A DNA stretch of 63,528 nt, the filler included, from Octopus bimaculoides (Eukaryota), in assembly GCF_001194135.2 (NCBI RefSeq). It is 5 parts of 5 records of this genome, joined end to end, with 100 filler letters (N's around TTAATTAATTAA, not from the genome) between each part and the next. Parts side by side here need not be neighbours in the genome. Positions count along the whole stretch, not along the records: positions 43,502 to 61,119 come from NC_068987.1; positions 61,220 to 63,528 come from NW_026396277.1; 3 more parts are not named here. The stretch is one strand, 5' to 3'. Under the pieces are notes generated by a model, which worked only from the letters and a program-made list of their open reading frames with translations, searched no databases and had not been told where the DNA came from. Of the stretch, positions 52,595 to 63,528 are shown in pieces (the first letter of the stretch is position 1; every line of letters starts with the position of its first letter). Both the position numbers and the translations under genes were made by a program.

Positions 52595-54750
52595 ACACAC
52601 GCACACAAAATGTATCCTCTTATACCAACAAATATATTATCATAATTTTCTCGTTTGCACTGTTTAATGATGCGCTAAAAGTACACATTTTACTGCAGCC
52701 TCTCTAAATGTGGACGTGACTTGTCGATGTTGGCTGATTGAAATTCCTGTCTGCTAAAAAGAAAAAAAAAGAAGAAGAAAGGGAAGAAGGAAACGTAGAA
52801 GGAAATAAGAAAACAAGAAAACAAGAAATTACAGTTGTACAGGAATTTAACGCCATTTTACTGCCGTCATATCTGTTGTAGGAAGAAGCATTAACGTTTT
52901 TTGTTTTATCATACACTCCGTCTTTTTTTCTTTTTTCTTTTGACAAAATTCTTTCCGCCTTCATGCCTCCTTCATGTTGTTCTTTGTTTTTTTTCTTTCC
53001 GCCTCCAAATCAGCTGCCCTAACTGAAAAGATCTATAATCATGAGGTGCTTTGATGACCATTCTACCGGTAGGTATAAGTAAAACTACGTATTTTTCATA
53101 TTTTCTATTTAGTTGCTGTTGTAACAGGTGTCGTTGTTGTTGGTGTTGTAGTGATTGTCGATGTTGTTGTTGCTGATGTTGGTGGTGCTAAACTCCCATC
53201 GTCCCCACTACCATCCAAATATTCTGGGACAATATTTCCAAATGAGATCTTCTTGGCTGTTATTGCTGTTCTTGCTGTTGTTGTTGATGTAGTGATTGTG
53301 ATTGTGTATGCATGTATGTATGTATTATGTATGTATATATGTATGTATATATATATATATATAATATAATATTATATTATATATGTATATCATATAGCAT
53401 ATTGTAGTTTAATTTTAAGGCTAATGTTTAATTGTGCTTATATTTAGAATGAATGTAGTTATTAGCTTTCACTTTTATATTCTACTATGGAAGGCTGTAG
53501 GAAATAAAATGTATGATTTAAAGGTTTGGTCGCTGTTTAGTTACATATTTAGGAGTTAGTTATAAATTTACTTATTGAATTTATTTACCGATACTGTTGT
53601 ACGGTAAATGTGTTTGAAAGTTGTGGTTTCTTTGGTATCTTTGTTCTCAAACAATATTTATTTTAGTGCTCTTGACCCCGCCGGATTGAATGGTATTGCT
53701 CAGGTGTCGTAACAATAATGATATCCGTGGGGCAGCTGATGATGGAGGTATGTTGGATTGTTGGTATGGCTGCTTTTGTATATGTGGAATAGTATTATAA
53801 CGCATCCTTTAGATATATATATTCGTCTATTCTTTTTTTTATTCAGTAATTTCGCTATATATATAGAAAGTGATAGAAAGAGAGAAGGTAAGAGAGGAGG
53901 AGAGAGAGTAAAATGTTGCACAGAAAACAGGAAATATTACGCAAAAGACGGGGAAACGTTCACCCTTCCTCAGTCATCGATCAAAACTCATCACAATTTC
54001 GCGCCATTAATGATTAAAAATGTTTATTTTGGTGGCGAGCGTCAACAACAAAATGCTGCTGGGAGAAGTGATCCGATATAGAGAACAAAAGAATGCAAGT
54101 ACAAAAAGGAAAGAAAGGAACAGAGAGTCTGTAGGGTCTGTAGACCGACAATACCATATATAGAAAGCGAGAAAGCAAGGACGGTAATGAAAACATAAGC
54201 AAATAATAAACGACCGAGTATTATTTTATACTGGTACTCTGTCAGTTATGGTGATAAGTATTCCAGTTGATCCAATCAATGGAATAGCCTGCTCGTGAAA
54301 CTAACGGGCAAGTGGTTGAGCACTCCACAAACACATGAACCCTTAACGTAGTTCTCAGGGAGATTCAGCGTGTCACTTCAAAGGGCCAGCGTGACAAGGC
54401 TGGCCTTTTGAAATACAGGTACAACTCATTTTTGCTAGCTGAGTGGAATGGCACAGCATGAAACAAAGTGTCCTGCTCAAGGAGCACAAATGATGTTGAA
54501 ATTCCAATGAAGGAGCCTTGGATGTAGGTTAGAAACCGGCTCTTTCTCTATTGGCAAGAAATCTTTAAATAAAACTGAATAATGATATACATACATGCAT
54601 ATTGTATATTTGTTAGAAGCCTACTTTTTCTTCAGAGGAAGAATTCAAATAAAACACACATATGACATTAAGGCGAGAGCAATGCGAGAAGATATAAAGT
54701 AAAATACAAATAAGAAAACTAAACAAAATAAAATTCCATTTTTACATTGT

Positions 54751-54790
54751 ATTCCTATATTTCAGGATTATGATCCCTTCTTCAGGACAT
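54751..54790 (-). ncRNA. Minimal type-I hammerhead ribozyme motif, copy 1
   Basis: ATGTC CTGAAGA A GGGAT CATA ATCCT GAAA TATA GGAAT: core CUGANGA/GAAA, 5-bp stem II, palindromic AUAU stem III, AUA cleavage triplet, stem I with one G.A mismatch. Confidence 0.6.
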
Positions 54791-55215
54791 GTGGAAAAGC
54801 GAGGGATAGAAAAAGATCGTTGCTCAGATATGTGATGCTCAGCAATTTCCTCGGGGATGAACCCGTGTGCACCATTTGTATGTCGAGCACCTCGCTTCGG
54901 ATCGCTTGTTGTATAGAAGTAGTGGTTCTTTCAACCGCTAGGTGTTAATACACAACTATCCTCCATCTTTACTCAAATGACTGCGTCTAAAAAAACTAAA
55001 GTGAGAAAACCAGATAAGGGAGCCCATAATCCCAAATCTGACTTATGATTCCTTAAACCACTCGATTTCGAGGACAGAACCATTGCTTCCATACAACATG
55101 TGATATGCAGAGACGGACTTGGCATACAGATGGTGTACATCCGGTCCATCCCTGATGAATTTGCTAAGCACCACACATCTGTGCAACAATATTTTTCCAT
55201 GCCTTGCTTTATCAA

Positions 55216-55255
55216 ATGTCCTGAAGAAGGGGTCATAGGCCCGAAATATAGAAAT
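55216..55255 (+). ncRNA. Minimal type-I hammerhead ribozyme motif, copy 2
   Basis: ATGTC CTGAAGA A GGGGT CATA GGCCC GAAA TATA GAAAT: same architecture and spacing as copy 1. Confidence 0.6.
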
Positions 55256-55453
55256 ATAAGGTAAAACTACAACCTTGTTTAGTTTTGTTTTCTTTTTGTA
55301 GCTTACTTTATATCTTCTCTTATTTTTCTGGCGTTACCCAATAAGTCACCTTAAAGCAATATCAACGATACTTCAAAACTATTTCATTTTGATACTTACA
55401 TATATCTACTTATACATACACAAATATATATATATTTATATATATACACACAC

Positions 55454-55538
<85 letters not shown>

Positions 55539-57487
55539 TGTGTGTGTGTGTGTGTGTACGTACACACTCGTATATATGTATATATGACGAACTATGATTG
55601 TCGGGAATGCAAGAAATGTTTTCATATAACATTCAGTTACAGAGTTAGTAGTCACATGACTCATTAATATTCATAATATCTCTGAAACAATAAAAGAAAA
55701 TGTATAAGAAAATACAAAACGAAAGCTATCAGATGATAGAACAGATATTTGTGATTTATAATATGAAAACGTGTTTATTAATTCTGATTTTTATTACTTA
55801 TATTTCATCGAGGTAATATCGATTATCATAGAAACAATCTTATGGAGTGTTTTGTTGTTGTTATTCAAAGGAATTTATGAATATCAACTCAACGATCTAC
55901 TGCTGGTGAATTCCTTTTTCATATTAGAATTCAGAGAATCTACAGTTTGATTTGTGCTGATGTTTTGTGAGGTGTGTGGTCTGATGGTTAAAGATATTTT
56001 GTTGATAGTCATAAGTTTGTGTGATTATCAACAACCTACAACGGGCGGCGTTTTGTGTACTTGAGCAGGGAACTCCATTTCATTTGCAGCAGTCTACTCA
56101 GTTGAAAACGCGTATCGCCCAAGTGCTAGTGAATCTGTCTCTCTTTCCGGTTGTCACATTCTAGATTTGCTGCTGGGCAAGGGTGCAGAACTCTAAAAAT
56201 ATATGAGTAAAAGGTCGGTTGACCACAGATTAGTTAGGGCGTTAATAATGGAATACCATTAATCATAGATATTTCTAAAATAATATCCAAATCTCCCTCA
56301 GATCAAACTCTACCATCTTTTAAAAAAAGAAGACATATTTGACAATGTAGACTCGTAAATTAGATGGAATGGCTGCAACTGCAACGCCATTAATCATGTG
56401 TTGGATGAGCGTTGAACTTAGAGCCTCTACGTAGTCTGCGGATCTGCTTGAAAAAGCAAACAAATCTCCCTTTTTGTTCTTAAAAAAAAAACACTACTGC
56501 TTTTAAAAAGTAAGGACTCATTAGACAATATAAGACCCTGGGATTTTCAAATGTCACATAAGACTGTGGAACCGCAATAGTAAAGTTTCTCACTAAGACG
56601 CAACTATAGGCAAGGTTTTGCAATGAGCCAATAGTTTTCTAAGCATGGACGTCAACTCTCTTCATGTCACCGATGTTACTGCCTCAAGTGTCATCGTCAG
56701 AACGCAAAAGAGCCGAAACACCTTCTAGAAGAAATCTTCTTTGACGCTCCACCGATGCTATTCTACAAAGCAATGGCTCTTGGACCTGATGTCTTATATC
56801 AATGAAACCGCCTACACTTCTCACAAGAAAGGATGAAAGACAAACCTTTACTTTAGTGGAATTTTAACTCAGAGTGTAGAGAGAGAATTGAAGCAAATAT
56901 CACAGAAGAGTAAGCCTTTCTATCCGATGCTGTGCCGACTCTCTCAATTCACTATTATTTTGTATAAAGAGGAAATTGATGATAACGATTGAAAAGTCAT
57001 TAATAGATCTGCCTGATTAGTGCAGATATGAAACTAAATTACAAAAGTAACAACAACAACGACAATAACAGCAACAACGATAATTCTTTCTACTATATGC
57101 ACAAAACTTGAAATTTTGTTGGCGGATTAAGTTTGTTAAATCAAGCCCAAAGCTTAACCTGTACGTTATTTTATCGAGCCCGAAACGACGAATGATAAAT
57201 TCGACTTCGGTTACATTTGAAATCAGAACGTAAAGTTGTAAGAAATGCCGCTTAGCATTTTGCCCAGGACACTTACGATTCAGTCGCTAACGATTCAGTC
57301 AGCAATTAAGACAGTAATAATATGCTCTTAACGAGCATCCTATTCTAATTGAAAGCATTCTCTCACTTACCACAGAAATCTATCAATACCAAAACAACCA
57401 TCCTTATGAGCCCTGGTAGATTACCCCTTTCCCCCACTTTTTTGTTTTGTTTTGGTACTTTTTGAGGCTGGGTTGCCTGAATGGAGT

Positions 57488-57818
57488 GGAGGCGCAATGG
57501 CCCAGTGGTTAAGGTAGAAGACTCGCGGTCATAGGATCGCGGTTTCGATTCCCAGACCAGGCGGTGTGAGTGTTTATTGAGCGAAAACACCTTAAAGCTC
57601 CACGAGGCTCCGGCAGGGGATGGTGGCGAACCCTGCTGTACTCTTTTACCACAACTTTCTCTCACTCTTACTTCCTGTTTCTGTTGTGCCTGTATTTCAA
57701 AGGGTCAGCCTTGTCACACTGTGTCACGCTGAATATCCCTGAGAACTACGTTAAGAGTACACGTGTCTGTGGAGTGCTCAGCCACTTGCACGTTAATTTC
57801 ACGAGCAGGCTATTCCGT
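57488..57818 (+). mobile_element. tRNA-derived SINE, well preserved (related minus copies ~45585-45870 and ~54230-54430)
   Basis: A box TGGCCCAGTGG (57498-57508), B box GGTTTCGATTCCC (57541-57553). Body gaactacgttaag...ggagtgctcagccacttgcacgttaatttcacgagcaggc is shared with the other copies. Confidence 0.85.
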
Positions 57819-58733
57819 NNNNNNNNNNNNNNNNNNNNNNNNNNNNNNNNNNNNNNNNNNNNNNNNNNNNNNNNNNNNNNNNNNNNNNNNNNNNNNNNNN
57901 NNNNNNNNNNNNNNNNNNNNNNNNNNNNNNNNNNNNNNNNNNNNNNNNNNNNNNNNNNNNNNNNNNNNNNNNNNNNNNNNNNNNNNNNNNNNNNNNNNNN
58001 NNNNNNNNNNNNNNNNNNNNNNNNNNNNNNNNNNNNNNNNNNNNNNNNNNNNNNNNNNNNNNNNNNNNNNNNNNNNNNNNNNNNNNNNNNNNNNNNNNNN
58101 NNNNNNNNNNNNNNNNNNNNNNNNNNNNNNNNNNNNNNNNNNNNATTACGCAATGATCAAAAGTGAAACTCTACAAGATAGTGTAAAATGGTATTTTATT
58201 GATGATATCGACGAGGGTCACTTTGTTCCGGAAGTCATCACTTGCTAATATCTATAGAACTTTCGATCACAGACGTCATTCAGCGTCATTTAGTGAAAGA
58301 ATTTATCCGAAAAGGCTCAACCCGACGGTGAATAAAAGACTCATTCACCATTCATAAAAATGCTAGCATTGTAAAAAGAAAGAAAAAAAAACTAAGCAAA
58401 ACAAATGAGTAACAACGGCAAAAGTGTAAAGATATGTGAGTGAGTTATTTATTTGACCTAGTGTTTTATCGTTATCTCGGTTAATCTTTGCAATACATAT
58501 ATGAACAATAAGAAGAAAAAGAAAAAAAAATTGAGAATGTGAAGAGTATTGACAGATATAAGATTGGAATTGTTTAAATTGTATTGCTAAAACTGAGAAA
58601 TATTTCTCATAGAATTTTAACCGGAAGTACAAGAAGGATTGTCAAATATTTCATAAACATAACAAAATGCGCGGCAGCTGGGTGGTGTTTTCTGCAATAC
58701 ACACATACATACCATACATACCGTACACACATT

Positions 58734-58790
<57 letters not shown>

Positions 58791-59003
58791 TAGTTTGATA
58801 AGTACCTATGCACGAAACACGAAACCCTCGGCCCTTGAGACACTTTACATGTATATTTATTAATAGTAAATATATGAATATATATATGTATATATATATA
58901 AAATATACAAGAATAAGGGCAGGGAATCGTCAATTAATAATAGAATTAGTAATTAACAATTTTGCCAAGTAGTTCAGTATGAAAAAACCTTTATCGGTAA
59001 AAC

Positions 59004-59091
59004 CATTTATCATCATAAATATACAGGGATTATCATAAATATACAGAGAAGCAACTCAATGCTAATCCCTGTATATTTATGATGATAAATG
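59004..59091. repeat. Perfect 29-bp inverted repeat with 30-bp spacer
   Basis: catttatcatcataaatatacagggatta (59004-32) is the reverse complement of 59063-91. Confidence 0.9.
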
Positions 59092-59826
59092 TATATNNNN
59101 NNNNNNNNNNNNNNNNNNNNNNNNNNNNNNNNNNNNNNNNNNNNNNNNNNNNNNNNNNNNNNNNNNNNNNNNNNNNNNNNNNNNNNNNNNNNNNNNNNNN
59201 NNNNNNNNNNNNNNNNNNNNNNNNNNNNNNNNNNNNNNNNNNNNNNNNNNNNNNNNNNNNNNNNNNNNNNNNNNNNNNNNNNNNNNNNNNNNNNNNNNNN
59301 NNNNNNNNNNNNNNNNNNNNNNNNNNNNNNNNNNNNNNNNNNNNNNNNNNNNNNNNNNNNNNNNNNNNNNNNNNNNNNNNNNNNNNNNNNNNNNNNNNNN
59401 NNNNNNNNNNNNNNNNNNNNNNNNNNNNNNNNNNNNNNNNNNNNNNNNNNNNNNNNNNNNNNNNNNNNNNNNNNNNNNNNNNNNNNNNNNNNNNNNNNNN
59501 NNNNNNNNNNNNNNNNNNNNNNNNNNNNNNNNNNNNNNNNNNNNNNNNNNNNNNNNNNNNNNNNNNNNNNNNNNNNNNNNNNNNNNNNNNNNNNNNNNNN
59601 NNNNNNNNNNNNNNNNNNNNNNNNNNNNNNNNNNNNNNNNNNGACTTGTATTCTTATCTTTTTACTTGTTTCAACCAAATGGCCTGCGGTCACTGTGGTT
59701 TTAGTCGATCGAATCTGCCCCAGTGCTTTTATTTCGTTTAAGTCTGAACCATTGCGGCAACGTAAACGAAAACCAATAGTGAAGCGGGGTGATGGACTAG
59801 CACGAAGGCACACACAAACGCACGAG

Positions 59827-59865
<39 letters not shown>

Positions 59866-60319
59866 CTTCTATACAGTTTCCATGTAACTAATTCACTCGT
59901 GAGGCATTGGATGACCCGAGGCTATAGAAGACACTAGCCAAAGCTGCAGCCTAGTGTAGCGAAGCGAACTCTTTAAGCACGCAATCGGTGCCACATACAT
60001 ACATACATACATACATATATACATACATACATATATACATACATACATACATACATACATACATACATACATACATAAATACAAGACTATGCCTGGAATG
60101 ACCAGTTATAAACACCATTGGAACTCACACACAAGGTACAGGAAACATATATATACACCATTCTGCTTAAATAATGGAACTGCAAATACAATATCATTAC
60201 GTATCTCACGTCTGTTTTCATTCCTCCACTCTACTCTGTATTTCATATCTTCTCTATAATAACTATTACTGAAACATTTTCTCGCAACGTCTCTAATGAA
60301 GAGATGCATAATATATCCC

Positions 60320-61119
60320 GGAAGCAGCTGTAAGACCTTCACTAGAATGTTCCTCATGCTATTCAGTAACAACTTCAGCTGTGTGAATTGGTGCCTTATC
60401 ATCCTGAAAGAGTGCGTTTCCCGCTGGAAACAGTCCCGCAACCATAGGATAAATTTGATCAGATTAAAATGTTTAAATAGTCTTGACTATTAATTCTGCC
60501 ATAAAGGGAAACCATTGAGCCGGCGGATATCCAAGATGTAGTCCCCCTACCACCACATCATCACATATCCTCCTCTATATTTAACAGTCTGGGTCAAATG
60601 CTTCTTTTGGCTGTCTCCACACATATACTCGGCCGGTAGTCGGAAATAAGATAAAGGATGACTCGTCCGAGAAGTAACATTCTTCTACTGCTCTAGGAAC
60701 TAATTCTGTAGATTTTTACTCCGCTCTATACGCTTTGCAACGGTTGTTTTTGAAAGTAGTGGTTTTCTGATTGTAGCCCTCTCGTGAAATCCTGTTTTGT
60801 GTAGCTCCCGGCGAACAGTTTCTGTGGAAACTGGGTTCTCGAGGTGGTCATTAAGCCCTGCAGTAATTTTGGGAGCTATACTTTTGTGATCCTTTCTAAC
60901 AATTTACGTAAGAGTCCGATGGTCCCTATCTGAAAGTTTTGGCTTTCTTCCGGAGCTTTGTTTCGACGAGGAGTTTTTTCCCTCTTTCTCAAAGGCTGTC
61001 ATTACTTTCGCGACAGCACTTCTTGATACACCAAACATTTCAGTTGTTTTCGTTACGCTAGCGCCTGCCATACGAGCACCAGCAATTTAGCCTCTTTAAA
61101 AGTCCGATAGATCTGTCAT
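60320..61119 (-). mobile_element. Tc1-like transposase remnant
   Basis: From ATG at 61119: MTDLSDF*RG*IAGARMAGASVTKTTEMFGVSRSAV...SGRKPKLSDRD...FSDESSF...FQDDKAPIHTA, with multiple lesions; the 5' end runs into a gap. Confidence 0.9.
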
Positions 61120-61219
61120 NNNNNNNNNNNNNNNNNNNNNNNNNNNNNNNNNNNNNNNNNNNNTTAATTAATTAANNNNNNNNNNNNNNNNNNNNNNNNN
61201 NNNNNNNNNNNNNNNNNNN

Positions 61220-61258
<39 letters not shown>

Positions 61259-61261
61259 CAT

Positions 61262-61880
61262 TAAGATGATGAGCTGGCAAAATCGTTTTTTACGCTGGGC
61301 AAAATGCTTAGTTGAGTACTGGAGTCGGTGTAATCGACTTAAACCACGCAAATTTCAGGCCTTGTACCTATAGTAGAAAGGATTCTTATTATTATTAATA
61401 CGCCGGACAAAATACTTAGCAACATTTCATCCGTCTTTATGTTCTTAGTTCAATTTCCTTCAAGATCGACTTTGCATTTCATCCTTTCAAATCTGTTAAA
61501 ATAAATACCAGTTAAGTACTGGGGTCGATGTAATCCGCTCAAATCCTTCCCCAGAAATTACTGGTCTTAACTCAAAGTTTGAAACCAATATTCAAGGTGG
61601 TGAGCTGGCCGAGTCGTTTGCATGCTGGGCGATATGTATAGTGGTATTTCGTCCGTCTTTGCGTCCCGAGTTCAAATTCATGTGTGATCGACTTAGTCTA
61701 TTTTATCAAATTCCGCTGAGGTCGTTTTGTATATTTTTTATCAAATTCCGCTGTGGTCTACTTTGTATATTTTATCGACTTCGAAAGGGTCGATAAAATA
61801 ATTACCAGTTGAATATTGGGTTCGAGTTAATCGACTAACGTCCACCCTTGTGGCTGCTGGGCTTGTGCCAAAATTTGAAA
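61262..61880 (+). mobile_element. Three head-to-tail SINE copies or fragments of the same family
   Basis: Repeated gagctggc...aatgcttag, tactggggtcgatgtaatc and aaatttcaggccttg blocks at ~61265, ~61385 and ~61595. Confidence 0.8.
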
Positions 61881-62318
61881 ATTGAAATAATAATAATTGT
61901 TATTATTATTAATAACATATTTATTGCAAATATACAAATGCATAATTTGTTTAACTTAATTGCATCTAAATTTAATAAGTATTTACATTCCGACACGTTA
62001 TATTCGTATTTTGTACATGCACGGAGAAGTTCGAACAAAAATTAAAATTAAAATTATTATATTTATCCAAAATTACTTGGTGTTACCTGAGAAACAAAAT
62101 TATATGTATACGCATTTATTATTAGTTGAACAACTAAGTGCGTTCAACAAACATTGTCTGGCACACAACTGAGAGTCTACATTCTAACATTTCGCATTGG
62201 GAAATATTCTTTGAGAGTGATATAGCTGCCATTTTTTCTGATTTCAGTTTTTCTGTGTATCTGGACTTACGGGAAAATATATAGTTGTTGTTGTTGTTGT
62301 TGCTGTTATTGCTGCAGC

Positions 62319-62359
<41 letters not shown>

Positions 62360-63046
62360 ATATGGTTGTTGTGATCAATCAATGTTTTGTTCTTCCAAAC
62401 AAGGAAGAAGGAACAAGGCGAAAAAGCTACTCAAGAATCAAGTAAAGAGTAAATCTAGTTTCACGCCCAAGTTAGAGCAATTTTTGTTCCCTGTGCGTTT
62501 TACACAAGATCCCAAACAATCTATAACATGTCCACGTTAACAGTGACTAAAATACATTGTAAAGCAGTTTTGCATTGCATTTGTTCTCGTATATCCTTGG
62601 ACAGCCACCCTCAAACCAAACTTGCTGAACGAATTTTCGTCTTTTCTTTTCTTTTACATATACTCACGTATGGGTATGTATTTTTGAACATTTATATCTA
62701 TAATTATATCCATTTAAAATTCCATTATTTTAAGTATTCGTCCGTTTTAAGACAATATATGAATAGGAAGAAACAACCCTTTTGGTTGGGTCATATTGGT
62801 ACGACGATGTTTTAGTAGAATATATTCCAGTTTATATTTTAGTTTATTTCTAAATACGCCTGTTTTGAATTTTAAATAAATATATTTTTTTCTTTTATCA
62901 TTGCCTGTTTTGGTGATTAGAGCAATTCACATTTCACCAAAGCAGCTATCTGTTCAACCGAGTGCTTTACATGACCTTCTTAAAAGAGGGTTAATGATAT
63001 AAATATGTGTGTGTATACATGTGCATCATTATATACGTATATGATA

Positions 63047-63096
<50 letters not shown>

Positions 63097-63276
63097 ACTC
63101 TCTCTCTCTCACACACACACAAACACACACATACACACACATACACGTATACACATATAAGATGTGTAAACACGAGAGACTGGATTTGTGCAACATGCTT
63201 TATCGCATATAATAGAATTGCTTCATTTTCACTTTTCTTTGTGAGATTGCACCTGATAACCGACACTCATGCACGA

Positions 63277-63312
<36 letters not shown>

Positions 63313-63495
63313 TGTATGTATGTATGTATATGTATATATGCAGCTGTAAGCTAATGAAGATCATTACATCACACCGGTGTCACCTCTTTGTTCCTATTAC
63401 CACTCTATACTCATCTAACATTGTGTTCTGGACCACACCTATATTGAGTTGTACACCAGATTATTAGTCTCGTTATGGTTAAGCGAAATATTAAC

Positions 63496-63528
<33 letters not shown>

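Larger units (their letters stand above)
54741..55265. repeat. Inverted repeat, arms 54741-54929 and 55076-55265, 146-bp spacer (Penelope-like inverted pseudo-LTR)
   Basis: The arms align in reverse complement along their whole length (roughly three-quarters identical by eye), with a hammerhead motif at each outer end. Confidence 0.8.

Noticed and set aside
52994-53073. Exon-like segment with strong polypyrimidine acceptor and GT donors
   Set aside because: All three frames stop when read from the acceptor, and there is no homology to peroxidase or any family I recognise.
53105-53310. Minus-strand frame with VPEYLDGSGDDGSL plus Thr-rich tail (proteoglycan-like)
   Set aside because: No start codon or credible acceptor, and mostly low-complexity triplets; cannot be supported without transcripts.
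28888-63528. Downstream peroxidase exons (GDxR, REHN, proximal His)
   Set aside because: Searched by eye for these motifs on plus and found none with splice sites.

Overview
Eukaryotic, AT-rich, microsatellite- and SINE-saturated draft sequence with many N gaps. The repeat landscape looks like a coleoid cephalopod (Octopus-type) genome, which is an inference. Two host genes are supported. (1) The first coding exon of a Tbx20-like T-box gene lies on the minus strand (1136-626), with KPQLSxxAxxFSIAALM (eh1) and a phase-1 GT donor; the gene runs off the left edge. (2) Five consecutive, phase-compatible plus-strand exons (15926-28887) encode part of an animal heme peroxidase (peroxidase-cyclooxygenase superfamily); its 5' and 3' exons are not visible. 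The rest is transposon debris: a full-length dead mariner with TIRs and TA TSD, a Tc1 remnant, a Helitron helicase relic with a tandem partial duplicate, a young internally deleted Gypsy LTR element nested in it, RTE and CR1/L2-like LINE fragments, small non-autonomous Helitrons and several tRNA-SINE families. Most notable: three minimal hammerhead-ribozyme motifs of Penelope-like type (two in a head-to-head inverted repeat), an LTR element whose tRNA-Trp PBS match runs 32 nt, a dead duplicate of the peroxidase catalytic exon end, and an atypical Ca2+-loop in the peroxidase. All alignments and folds were done by eye; no CRISPR, rRNA or complete tRNA gene was found.
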